Source: Octopus sinensis (Eukaryota). Taken from it: 64,000 nt of DNA. The notes beneath the pieces are model-generated. The model saw only the letters and a program-made list of their open reading frames with translations. It ran no database searches and had not been told where the DNA came from. The translations under genes were made by a program, and so were the position numbers. Shown here one piece after another: positions 1 through 13,153 of the stretch (position 1 is its first letter; every line of letters starts with the position of its first letter). The DNA lies in contig NC_043003.1 of NCBI RefSeq assembly GCF_006345805.1, positions 109,926,001 through 109,990,000 on the forward strand, written 5' to 3'.

Positions 1-31
<31 letters not shown>

Positions 32-57
32 GTGATGATGTTGATGATGATGGTGAT
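1..57. repeat. (GAT)n trinucleotide microsatellite
   Basis: gatgatgat... read directly. Confidence 0.95.
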
Positions 58-399
58 TTGCTGCTTGTGACTGTTGTCGCATGTTTGTTGTTTGTAGCCT
101 TGATGACGATGATATGCACTGAGATAGATGCGTTAAATCATTTGCTTTTTTAAAACATTTATTTCACAAAAAACAAACTGTTCGCTTTCAGTTTCTTACT
201 ACTTACAAAAACCACCACCACCTCTCTTGCCATTAACTAAAATTCTGCTTACATAAAACCATTAAAGACTATTACAGTTCTCAGTGTATGTCTGTAAACA
301 CGTATGTATGTATTTCTTTGAGTTTTATTTACGAGAGAATTTATAATCATGGTACAAGAGCTTTAAGTTCCGCCTTAATTGAACATGTTATCTTTTTCC

Positions 400-1110
400 T
401 AGACTTTTGGTGGTACATTCACATTCGGCGAGCAGCCGGCCTCTTCAACAGTGCATGGCTTTTGATCCCTGTCCCACAGACCAATATTAGGTTAGTTATG
501 TTTGCACCGAATTGTTTTTATTTGAGAGTTCCACCAGTATTCGTTGATTTTAAGCGTGTGAATAGATGCTGGTTGGGAAATACATTTGATGTATACGTCA
601 GAGCTATCCTTTCTACAGATGATGTTATAAAAAGTCTTTGCAACTATATCATGCCTCAGAAGACGGTAGTATCTCGCAGACATTTTGGAGCAGCTGCTGA
701 TGGTGTGGGTGATATCGTCCACAATGGTAAAGCAGAGCCGACATAATCTATTACATGTGGAGGTTAGGGGCTATCTGTGTCTCTCGTATTTATCAGGTAT
801 TTATTTACTTTCGCCTGTTCTTGGATAGCGAAGGCATATCCTTCTCAAAAGAATATGATGCATCTATCACAGGTCATGATGAAATTACTCTTCCTGTCAA
901 CGACGTTGTCATCCTCTAGCTTACGGGATATGCACCCATTCATTGCCTTTTTGTTGTTATGATGGCTGCTCCTCCAATCTTCAGATTATGTAGGCCAGAC
1001 CAGCCTCCTTCGGATCGCACGAGACAGCTGTATGCTCGTAGTACCTGCGCAGCAGTTCTTCTCCAACTCTGAAGATACTGTTGCTCTGAGTTTAGAGTAC
1101 ACACAGAGTG
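400..1110 (-). mobile_element. Degenerate C-terminal fragment of an RLE-type non-LTR retrotransposon (R4/Dong- or NeSL-like)
   Basis: Minus-strand translation gives a zinc-knuckle remnant and RHD motif (DDITHTISSCSKMSARYY..RHDIVAK), then EYWWN..IKT..CKHN*PNIGLWDRDQKPCTVEEAGC, a decayed PD..D/E restriction-like endonuclease. Stops and frameshifts present. Confidence 0.75.
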
Positions 1111-1244
1111 TACACATTTCTTCCCTTACTGTTGTTGTTTGAGTGTTACAATATTACATTCAAAGGCAGTTTGACTGACTTTACGCCTCTGTCACCATCA
1201 TTCGGCCTCTCATAATCCTATCAGTGTTGCTCTTTATCTATCTT

Positions 1245-1385
1245 TATATGCATGCATGTATGCATGTATGTGTGTATGTATGTATGTATGTATGTATTTA
1301 TGTATGTATGTATGTATGTATGTATGTATGTATGCATGTATGTGTGTGTGTGTATGTATGTATGCAAGTATGCATGTGCACGCGT
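1245..1385. repeat. (TATG)n/(TG)n microsatellite
   Basis: direct. Confidence 0.9.
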
Positions 1386-2031
1386 ATGATTATTGTCTGT
1401 ATCATTGCCACGTTGTTTCGTTTAATTTTTCTCTTAATCTTCATCGTTACCACTCAACCCATCACAACATCCTATCCTGTCTCTCCACCGCTCACTTTCT
1501 CGATTTCTTTTTATGTCGCCCATGCCCCGTCGCCTCCACTATATCAATAGTAGTTAGAAACTGAAGTTCTAAGTCTTTCACAGCCAAAACAAATGGAAAT
1601 TTGGCAGGTTTTACTCGTGAAAGAATTAAATTTTTAAACAATTTTATGAGAGTGGGATTCATATTTTCTCAAATCAAAATTTTAACACAGATATATTTCC
1701 AATAACAAATATCTATAATTTTAGTTTGGAACCGGGTTGTCTCATAAATTATTAAGGATTTAATGAAATTATCTTATATAGCAACATAACACATAAGAGA
1801 CTTTATGGAAAAATGTTTTCACATTCACGATATTACTTTCAGGGAAAAGAGAAAATGGGGATAATTGTGATGTTTCTGTCATTATGAGACGAATGAGCGC
1901 GTGAAAGCATTCAAATAGCATAAACGAAAGGTGAACTTTAACATCTGAATTTGACACACCTTACGAATTCCCCGAGAGATTTTTCCGTGGAAATTCACAG
2001 TTCATACTCACACACATCCACATGTATATAC

Positions 2032-2067
<36 letters not shown>

Positions 2068-2120
2068 GTGTGTGTGTGTGTGGTGTGTGTGTGTGTGTGT
2101 GGTGTGTGTGTGTGTGTGTG

Positions 2121-2151
<31 letters not shown>

Positions 2152-2733
2152 TATGTACAGGTGCGAGAGTGGCTGTATGGTAAGTAGCGTACTTACCAAC
2201 CACATGGCTCGGGTTCTAAGGAATTTATTCTATTATCAGAATGTATTAGTAAACTTAATTATTAAAAAAATAGAAATTAAACTTCTCATCTGTTTGTACG
2301 AGTTAGACAAAGGTCGATTATAAAATAATCTAACTTAATACAACTTGTCTCAGTAAGAGTTGTTATAGAATAGGAATAATTCAGTAAAATTATTTACAGT
2401 GTATTCTGCTATAACTTAGAAAATATGAGATGACTTGTAAATAATAACATAATATAAAAAAAAAACCGCTGTAACTTTCATTATTAACCTTTAAAATATG
2501 AAGAAAATTCTCCCCAAATAAATAAAAAGACAAAAAAAGAACATGCAGATGTAATTAAAACAGAAACAAACCAAAACAAAATCTTGTATGAAATCTTATG
2601 AAAAGCTTTATTTGTTAAGACTGACTGGGAGAGAAATTGGATGAGAAAGATAGGGAAAGTACGAGGGGAATGATATATATATATATATATATATATCCAA
2701 GCACACAGTAACACAGACACACATGTATGTATG

Positions 2734-2797
<64 letters not shown>

Positions 2798-2832
2798 CCA
2801 AGCACACAGTAACACACACACACACATGTATG

Positions 2833-2874
<42 letters not shown>

Positions 2875-3955
2875 TATAACAGAGAGACATAAAACACTGT
2901 GAGAAAGAGTGAAGGTGGAAAGTTTTAAAAATGAGGAAAAGTAAGAGATACAGATAATTGGGAAGACTCTTGAGATATATTTTATAATCATGGATGGACA
3001 CAGAGAATGTTATGTATTGACACTTCTGAGGAGTGGTTACACGTAAATTCATTTTTGGTGCCAAGTCTATCGGAAGAATCAATTTGATGCTTGCTGAATT
3101 CCTCGTGATACCAAGAAAGACAAAAGAAAAAAGAAAAAAAGAAACAAAAGAAACAAAACGAAAGAAAGACACGAAGAAAAATGGAAGAAAAGGAAAAGGT
3201 TACATAGTAAATAAACGAATAAACAGCTCCGCCAGTCTGATATTAAAAATTAGACACATCCACTCAGACATATATAGACGCGTACGCACACATACACTCA
3301 TACACACACACACACACACGACACACGCACACACATTTGCATAAACACACATATACCCAAACATACATGCATACACACAAAAATATACACACAGACATAT
3401 GTGTAGACGGATATTTTATCATTGTACTTAGTAAGTCTCAATATACGTCTGTGTCTAAGCGTGTTAGTGTGTGCATGTGTGTATGGATATATTCTGTTAA
3501 GAAAAGAAACTCAGACACGTATACATTTTTATTATTATGATAAAATGCATATGTATATGTTTATATATTAATGGCCTAAAATTGAAATAAAAAAATAAAA
3601 ATATCGTCTATATTTATAGATATGTTCACTGCATAACAGAGCAACTAAATCACTTGTTTGCGCATTAAGCACACATATGTGCGCACTCATTGAAGCAAGT
3701 CCGCCACACAGGTACACTACACAAACACTAAAGTATGCGCGCGCACATATACATATAGATATATAAACAGATATAAAATTTAGTAAATAATTTTAGTGAA
3801 TAAAATATTAGGATGAATTTGTTTTCTTAATTGCAGGAATTGATCCACCACATTTAGTTATACATATATACATACACACACACACAAACAAACACACTCA
3901 TGAATTTTATATATATATGCAAATATATACTATATATATATATATATATATATAC

Positions 3956-4019
<64 letters not shown>

Positions 4020-4025
<6 letters not shown>

Positions 4026-5195
4026 GGAGTTAAACGCAGGTGTAATTCAAATTCTTTTATTTCCGACACATGTTTCAAAGATATCATTGGTATTATTCCA
4101 AAAGAATAAAATGGTGTAAAACACTGTAATCTTCGCTTCAGGCAAATGAAGAAATAAAACTCGTCAATAAGACATTTTAACAGAATATGATGGATAGGTA
4201 AAGTGATTAACTGAACGCTATTACGTGTTTTTTAAAAAAAAATATAGGTATAACATCAAAGGTAGCCTATAGAAAGAGGACAGGTAAAGGAAAGAAAAAA
4301 TCAGAAACCAAATAAATGAGAAGTATAGAACGATATGCAAATTAAATAAAACCCCAAAGTCTTGAAAAAAGATATATCTAGTGAAAGTGAAATGAAAGAA
4401 GAAAATCAATGTTTAAATTATATACAATGATAGATATCACATATATGAACCAAATGTGTGTTTCTGCCAATGCCGGTAAGCATTGAACCGTGTTTACAAG
4501 GGTACTTTTAGAAAAAAAGAATAAAGACATATTTCAGAATTACAGAGAAGACAAAATTCCTTGCCTTTATCATAAGGGAACGAAATTGAGAGAATCAAAT
4601 AGGCTAAATTAAATTGTTTATTATAGTCTTTTAGATACCAAATTAATTTACTAAGTCCTCTAATGTTACGTTTATTCATATCCCTAAATTATAGTAATGA
4701 TTATAAATTCTTTTAGATAACTGAGAAGAGCTACCTGTATAAAAAAAGACATCGGTACCTGAAGTAATTTTACACTGGTATATAGAATTTTTAATTTTAG
4801 AGTTACTTGATATAAACTTAATTCTGTTGAAATTGACTTCAGAGACACTACCACAAACCATCGACCAATCTTAAGTATATTAGCCGATTCAGTAATCAGT
4901 CTAGGGCAATCGCTAGGAACTTAGTTAAGAATATTTCATTTAGATTGTCTAAGATATCTGCTACTGTTGACATTATCAATCATAAGGCTGAATTGTATAA
5001 CTCTGCCTTACTTAAAGCAGGTTATACAGAGAAAGGTACCTATAATAATTCTATTCAATCTTTTTCTACCTTTACTAATGTAGACACGAAATCTTGTTGT
5101 AAGGATATAAACGATACCAATTTTAATTTATACGCCAACACCAAACCGAGGAAGTAAAAGAATTTGAATAACATCTGCGTTTAACTCCATTTATT
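4020..5195 (+). mobile_element. Penelope-like element remnant with inverted terminal repeats
   Basis: 4021-4064 (taaatggagttaaacgcaggtgtaattcaaattcttttatttcc) is inverted at ~5151-5194. Internal plus-strand RT C-terminal remnant YHKP...NLVKNISFRLSKISA...YNSALLKAGY. Flanked by (TA)n. Confidence 0.75.
4061..4145 (-). ncRNA. Type I hammerhead ribozyme-like motif with one core substitution
   Basis: Reverse complement reads CUGAAGc-GAAGAU...AUCUUU-GAAAC-augu-GUC; stem I is imperfect (uugc/ggaa). Confidence 0.5.
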
Positions 5196-5391
5196 TATAT
5201 ATATATTATACAAAATATTTCACATAAACCGCGAGTTTCTACCTTTAAAAACAAGGTATTGTGCCAACTTTACTTGTTCGACGTTTTGCTACCCTGGTAA
5301 ATATTTAGATATTTATTCCATGTTAATTGCAAACAAGGGAAAAATACACATCAATTTATATATGTATATATATAATATAAATATACACATG

Positions 5392-5437
<46 letters not shown>

Positions 5438-5477
5438 TTTTCATATAAATGTTCACATGGATTCTATTTTATGATAT

Positions 5478-7231
5478 AACAACCAGATTGCAACGTTGGT
5501 AGACTCAACAGGCGTATCGATTGAGGATCCTTATCAACAGAGTCAATTATTTGCCGAGGCTTTTTCAACTATTTTCAAACAAGATGACGGTCGTGAACCC
5601 CCTCGATTTGATAGATCGGTACCTCCAATGCTTCGATTGGTCATCACGCGGGACGAAGTCAAACGTGTTATTCAAGGCCTCGATGTCAACAAGGGTCACG
5701 GCCCTGACGGCTTACACCCACGGGTTATCAAAGCGTTGGCTCCGGTCATCTGCGGGCCCTTAACACGTCTATTCAATATGTCATTGGCGACAGGCGTTAT
5801 ACCTGCGGACTGGAGAACAGCGATAATCTGCCCAATTTTCAAGAAAGGGAGCCGCGAAGACCCGCTTAACTTCCGACCGGTTTCCCTTACATCAATAATC
5901 AGCAAGATGTTCGAAACCATCCTTAAGAAAAGTATGATGCTCCACCTCCAAAACACAGCCTCCATCTATGATTCCCAACACGGATTCGTGCCGAAGAGAT
6001 CATGCTTGACCAACTTACTGGTAATGGAAGAATTGGTGACGCGCATCCTCGATGATAGTGATGCTGTTGACATCGTTTTATTGGACTTTGCCAAAGCTTT
6101 TGACTCGGTAAACCACCGCCTATTACTTGTCAAGCTTCATGCATATAGTTTCCATCCGGATATTGCACGATGGGTTGGTGCCTTCCTCTCAGATCGCTCC
6201 TTCCAAGTCCAAGTTAATGGTTCGCGGTCCGACGTCTCCAGTGCAAGCAGTGGCGTGCCTCAAGGTTCAGTGCTTATTGTTCTTATTGTTCTTAGTCTTC
6301 ATAAATGACTTGCCCGACGACCTCACGCAACACACCCTTCTATTTGCCGACGATGTCAAACTGGTCGCTCCTCGCGGTGATATAGAGGATCTTCGTCGAT
6401 GCCTCCACCAAATTTGGAGGTGGTCTAACGAATGGGACCTGTGTCTGAACGTGTCAAAGTGCTGTTATCTGCCTGTTGGATCTCCTCCTGCAACTCGACT
6501 TGATTTCGAGCCGGGTCGTCTGCTGCTGGAGAGGACCGATCAGGTAAAGGACCTGGGTATCTTGGTGGATTCCTCCTTTTCGCCTTCGGCCCAGTGCGTC
6601 CATGCTGCCAACAAAGCACGCGGAATTCTGTTCTTGATTCGACGGTTATTCGGAATGCTCACAGCAGCCATATTCCTACCACTCTATGTCACGCTGGTGA
6701 GACCCATATTGGAATACGGGATTCAAGCCTCTTCTCCTTATCTCCTCAAAGACATACAGCATCTCGAAAGAGTCCAGAAGCTGGCTACCCGCATGGTTCA
6801 TGGTCTCAAAAATTTGTCCTATGAAGAAAGGCTGAGGACGCTCGACCTTTATTCTCTAGAAAAACGCCGCCGCCGTGGTGATCTCATTCTCGCCCACAGC
6901 ATCATAAGCGGAAAGTGTAACCTCTCGAAAGAGCTGTTCTTCACTCCTGCTCCAGAGCGTCGGCTGCAGGGTCATTCCGAAAAGCTCTATCTGCGACGAT
7001 TTCATCTCAATCGAAGGAGAGGAGCTTTCTCCGTCCGGGTTGCGGATCCGTGGAACAAGCTGCCAGACGAGATGGTGAAGATGCCGAGGACCGCTTTGTT
7101 CAAAGCCTCCCTTGACCTCAAGTGGCCTGAACTCTTTACAGGAACACCACCCTGTACTTAACTCCATGTCCCCCTACATGGCCTTGCTATTTGCTTTTGA
7201 GCCAAATTAACTAACTAACTAACTAACTAAC
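5478..7231 (+). mobile_element. 5'-truncated CR1-clade LINE (ORF2 RT + C-terminus + 3'UTR + (TAAC)n tail)
   Basis: GPDGLHPRV, PIFKKG..DPLNFRPVSLTS, QHGF, LDFAKAFDSVNH, SGVPQGSVL, LFADDVKL, KDLGILVD, LVRPILEY, LERVQK.ATR, RRRGDLI, FSVRV...WNKLP. Ends in aactaactaact... at 7208-7231. Confidence 0.95.
5496..7161 (+). pseudogene. LINE ORF2 reverse transcriptase, split by a single frameshift near 6274-6291
   Basis: ORF 5496-6308 carries the RT up to GVPQGSVL; ORF 6127-7161 continues LFLVFINDL..FADD to the stop at 7161. Confidence 0.9.
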
Positions 7232-7689
7232 TTTTACACATTTCTTAGGATTTTGCTGAGACTGGACACGTTGATCAATTTTATACAGAGGTGCATCAAG
7301 AGGAGAGAAATAAACAAAAATTACTCTCAATGGGTCGACGTACACCCAAAAGTTTCACTGAGATTTCCGAAGGTTTAGTATGTAGGAGTATATCGAAAGC
7401 GTTAACCAGGTAAAATCCCTACCGAACCAGATATAACATCTTAAAGGGCAATAGTTGGCACGGGGAACGTAGAAGATTTCAATCCAAGGTCAGAGGTGGG
7501 AATAACTTCGACACGGAAAACACGAACAACGCCGGGTTCAACACCTAATATATATATATATATATATAATATATAAACTGTCTTCAAAATATTACGCGAA
7601 AATGAAAATAACACTGACAACACACCTTAACAGATATAGTTACCAAAATTACATAAAAATATCCTGAAATACTTAAAAGTAAATTCAAT

Positions 7690-8215
7690 CTATAAAATTG
7701 CCTGCTACTCTTCTGGGTGGTTTCTTAAGTTGGTGAATGTTGCCATAATCCTTGCCTTCAGTTCATCTTTGGTGTTACAAGGAGTTTTGTTGGTATCTCG
7801 CTCAACAGCGGCCCACACATAATAACCAAGGGAGTTTCAGTTTTGAGAGTTAGGTGACCAGATATTAGGGGTGATGTTGTCGCAGAAATTATATGACAGC
7901 CATGACTGGGTTCTACTGCTTTTGTGGTATGGTGCTTTGGTGGACCTTACAGCAGTCACCTTCTTGATCCAGAGCAGCAGTACCTCCTCCAGCCACTTGC
8001 TGTAGACCTCCGTGTAGATTTTGATCACTAATGATCACTCCAAACACAATGATGTTGACTGGATATTTGAATTTTATCATTCTCGATACATGTCCTCAGA
8101 TTAACACCTAACCACTCGGAAATATCCGATTTGGAGCTTCCGGTGCGAATGCCAAACAGTACTACATGACTTTTCCAAATTTCTGGCAGAGTCAATTGCG
8201 TCATTGTGCTTCTGT
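7690..8215 (-). mobile_element. Degenerate maT (DD37D)-type Tc1/mariner transposase remnant
   Basis: APYHKSSRTQSWLSYNFCDNITPNIWSPNS, then YYVWAAVERDTNKTPCNTKDELKARI on the minus strand; internally deleted. Confidence 0.8.
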
Positions 8216-8383
8216 TCTCACAGACGGTGCCCAAATGACCCTACTATCCTGTGTAGTAGACAAAATCAAAAAGAAACAATGCACATGCACGAAATACAAA
8301 ATATGATATGGCGACAATTTACGCATCGCATATGTATATGTCTCTCTCTCTCTATATATATATATATAATGTGTGTATGTGTC

Positions 8384-8437
<54 letters not shown>

Positions 8438-10264
8438 TGTATGTATGTATGTATGTATGTAAAGTTTAAATACAAATGTAGGTTTATATCTGTGAATATA
8501 TGTGTATACACACACGTATATATTATATACATATGTGTATCTGGTTTGTTATGAAGATAAATTACTTTCATGAAAATGTAGCATTGTTATTGTCTATGAT
8601 ATATCGTTGGCACAGTACAAGTGGGCAGCAAAGTAATTGATTTGTTCACTCTCAGTAATTGACAGCTAGTTATTTTATAGAGTATTAAAGGACGAAAATA
8701 AAATCGACCTTCATAGCATTTGAACTTAAAACATATTGCGACATACGTAAATTGCATCATTCGTTTATGGATAAATTCGTAGTTGTGCGTTAAAGATGCT
8801 TGCTTTGTTGATACCATCCGGTTCCCATTTCGATTTCTCAGCTTATCACCTTGTGAAACATTGTTCGTAATTTAGAATTCTGTCGTTCAAATCCTTGTGA
8901 GTTAACACCATATAATTTGCTTCTCCAAGAGCCGGTCACTCTCTGTTGTGCCGTAGACTTAATTTGTCGACCAGATCAACACCACCGCCTGCATCTTAGG
9001 CTGCGCAAGTAGTGCAATGCATTACCTTTCAAGCTTAGAGGCTACCCTTTTGGTTAAATATTATTCTGCTTTCATAAGATCAGAGATGTAGGACCCTAAA
9101 TGTTCATTATGGATACCATTGTTCCCCAGGTTGAACATGAAAAACTGTGCCGGTTTCCATTGCGTTCTGAAGCTTTCTTATTAAAGTTCAAACGAAGACA
9201 GTCAATTAGCAGAATCGTTAGAGTGTCATTTGTCCCCGATTTTTATCTTCTGAGTTCAAATCATGTAGAAGCCAACTTTGCCTTTCGTTTTTAAGGGTCA
9301 ATAATTAAAGCAAGCCATTCAAGTGGTTTATTTCATCGACTGCCGTCGATTTACTCTGTTGTGTGTAGTCCAAATAGTTATGGTTTTCTGCGTATTACTA
9401 TCTTTTAAGAACACTATGATGAAAAGTGTTCTCACTATAATCTCCAAATATTTACCTAATACACACAGGACTGCACTATTCAAAGATTTCAGGGTGAGTT
9501 GACTGTAATTTCTAGTAGGTCAAGTGAATAATCAAAAGTAATTTCATTTTGTCATTTTATGCAATAATGTAAGTACCGGGGTCAATTGAATCGACTGCAA
9601 CTTCGTCAAGGCGGTGCTCCAGTATGTCCGTAGTCTACTGACTGAAACAAGTAAAAGGTAAAAAGCGAAGAAAGATAAAGATATATGTTTGTATGTACTT
9701 GTGTTTGTGTGTGTCCATGTGCATATAACCCGAACCCAAACACAAAAACAGAGAACCAACCATTACCCGTGAGTGAGTTTGGCTTGGGAAGCTGCACTTT
9801 GCTTTTGCAATATCTGTGGAGTCACGAGTCGACAGAGAATCGCTCACCACTCCAGTACTCCTTGATCCGATGACTCAAGCAGAATGAGACATCTGAAGGG
9901 AGAGAATGATCTGCACCTGTTTTAAGATATTAACCTTCAGCTGAATATGCTGCAACAAAGTGAAATGAAGCGTCCTGTCCAAGAATTGAACCCACAACAG
10001 TACGATGACCTCCCCTCGCAAATACTAATCGGACACAGACAGTGTGCCATTAGCCAGCTGGAGGAGATGCCTTCCGTGGCTAAAACAAGAGTAATATCGT
10101 CCTCTATGGGATCATTGCATTTAGTTGACAAATATATTTTTTACGATATATATATATATTGGTACGAAATGGTAAGACAACAAAAGCAGGAAAGAGAACT
10201 CGATCTTATGCAAATAGAGGAATTTATCTGTAAATATAATATGTGACAATTATTCGGTAGCCAT

Positions 10265-10325
10265 GATAAAACTCCAAGTTTCGGATGTCGGGGTGGATAC
10301 CCACGCCAGCATCTCCTCAGTTATC
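10265..10325 (-). ncRNA. Type I hammerhead ribozyme-like motif
   Basis: Reverse complement: GAUAA-CUGAGGA-GAUGCUGGCGUGG-guau-CCACCCCGACAUC-c-GAAAC-uugga-GUU-UUAUC; all three stems can form. Confidence 0.65.
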
Positions 10326-10940
10326 GCGCCATCGAAAATAATGCTATGAAAATGACCGTTAAAACAAGGAGAAATTACTGTGTGATTGACTGTTATTAAG
10401 ACAAAAGAGCTATTCAAATAACCACTAAGTAAGGGGAGGGAGTAAAAATTCCATTGTTATCGCGTAAGCGCGCATGTCCACACATACACATGCACACCCG
10501 CACACCCACGTACATGCGCCTATATGTATATACTCATCCACCCTCACTTGAAACACACACATACACACCCACACATTCGCCAAAAAAATATATACATACT
10601 CGCATACACGCTCGCACACACATACACGCACGCACAAAAAATGGTTCGTACACACGTCAATATACGCACATGCACAAGAAAAACAGGGCTAAAGGCAAAA
10701 TACAGAAAAGCCAATATCTATATAAATATGTAAAAACATATATAAAATTATATAAGAAATATAAGTAAATAGTATAGAGAGATAAAATCTTGCATGTGGA
10801 CACAATATAGAAAGTAAGTCCTATCTGTAATCTCGAGGGGACCAAAAACGTAACAAATATTTAGCCACATGTGGACATGATTCGAAATTCAAGAACTGAA
10901 CTTTTATCATGGCTACCGAATAATTGTGACATATATTTGC

Positions 10941-11012
<72 letters not shown>

Positions 11013-11479
11013 GCAGTGAGTGTGTACGTGTATGTGTATATATATAAACTTATTGTAGAATGTCTACTTGCGCTCGTTCTTAAAGCCAAAATTCATGTAG
11101 CACCTATCCATCTATCATATTTACACCAAACTTCGTTATCTTAAATACTCCACTGCTTAGTTATTGAAGAATGTCTACTGGGAAAACTAAAATTCATGTA
11201 CCAACTACCACCAGTCTTATTTACTTCACACCTCGTTGCCTTACGCCACAGCGTAATTTTTGTAGAATATCTATTTGGTTATTTTCAAGGAATCTCAACA
11301 AAAAGACATCCAACATTGAAATGAAAAGGGAGTTGAGTTTTGTTCCAGTATGTTTATATTGAAAGTCACTACCAATAACCAAATAAATTATACATCAATG
11401 CCATTGTGATTTAATGTTGCTCTCGATCCAGGTGAAAAATATTTCATCAGGCGTACTCACCCATCATACCATGACCCCA

Positions 11480-12040
11480 TAATCCTATCATCCTTAAGAA
11501 GGCCCTAGGGTTCGTGCATAATAAATCCGACCATACCCAGGATGAAATTAATGTTTTTAGCGGCCAGAAAATCTATTATCAAATTTGATAATAAATTTTG
11601 GGTTCGTAAAGATCGACCTGACCGCTTTGATATACGTATGGGGTCTAGTGACTCAGCTCAAATTTCTGATTGGGACGGTATTTATATTCTATCAGAAATG
11701 GCTGACCAATTTCCATATATTCTCGGTGGTTTATATAACGACGATTATCTTCTTACCTCCGGAATATATCTAATCAAAAATTACAAAATGATGATAGAAC
11801 GAAGGTTAATTTCTTTCACATTACACTCAAATTAAATAAAGCTTTATATTTCCCATACCATAAGCATTCAACCGATCTAAAATATATCAACAAAAAATGT
11901 GGTTAAAAACATATTGCTTAGAATTTCAAAATTATCAGCCAATAATAACATTGATTTCTCGAATTCGGCCTTATATACAGCAGGATATAAGAAGCAACTT
12001 AAGTATTATAACCCTCTTAATCTTGGTTTAACCTCTAATA
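11480..12040 (+). mobile_element. Penelope-like reverse transcriptase remnant
   Basis: FDIRMGSSDSAQISD..GIYILSE....GGLYNDDYL matches the PLE FDVTMGS.DGAE..ELVGLY.L..GLYRDDGL pattern; then YHKHS...VVKNILLRISKLS..NSALYTAGY. Confidence 0.8.
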
Positions 12041-12058
12041 ATCTGGTTGACAGTAGTT

Positions 12059-12100
<42 letters not shown>

Positions 12101-13106
12101 TAATAATAATAATAATAATAATAATGATAATAATAATACTTACAATGTTTCTTCCGTAAGTAATAATCCAGATAATAATTGCTTATATGGAAATAGCCAA
12201 CAACCTAATTTGGTAAATTTTAAAATAATCACTCTAAAAGAGGTAACTATACTTCCCCACTATTTTTCTGTAAAAAAAAAACAAAAAATCTACAGGAATT
12301 TTTAATGAAAAATCTCCCTATAAATTACAAGACCTTAGTAAAACTATTTGGTTATTTCATATGGAAAACAAATTAAAAATAACCTTCCTTACCTGTTTCG
12401 TCAATCCATGGAAATGAACTTTCCCCAAAATTCAAGGAACCATTCCATTCTCAACGCACATCATAACCAAACTGGTTTCTGCAACTCTAATAACATTCTA
12501 CAAAGTATATCCTCGCATAACAACAATATTTTAATGGTAAATGGGTTTCGCTTAATAACTGTAATAACAATGCTATTTATAATGATAACACTGACCAACC
12601 TCCAATTTTTTTTTTTGTCTACTGCCTTGAAATATTTCAACGAATTCTTAAGTGATTTTACCGGCTAAATTCAAAAATAACTTTAGTTTTTCTCTATCAG
12701 GTCTAGTTTTCTGACCAGATAGAGAAAGATGTACTTGCATAGCAAGTTACCTGATCTGAGATCGTGTGCTGGAACGAAAACAATTGCATCGTGGAAGGTG
12801 ATTATAAGCCACTTAAGAAACACACAAAATCCGTTAGATTCACTTCAACATTTGAATTTAATTTGTCAAAATATTTTCGTCTCTTTGACAGCAATTATAT
12901 ATTGTAGTTCTTACATCCGTAAAAAAGATTTATTGATGAGCATTCTTTTTTTATAATCTCTTCCCCGCTGTGACTGATGCACTTTTGGACATTATTCTTC
13001 CTCTCGGATTTATACTACTGCATCAATCGAAACTATATCGGTGATAAGTTGATATAGATGATATAAATGGTTGAAATAACAGCTTGTGAGTTTGTCTCCA
13101 TTTTCC

Positions 13107-13153
<47 letters not shown>

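Noticed and set aside
288-746. 152-aa plus-strand ORF
   Set aside because: Antisense shadow of the minus-strand RLE retrotransposon remnant
8900-9300. Possible RTE-like LINE remnant (HLGSYIS on the minus strand)
   Set aside because: Single short motif; too decayed to support
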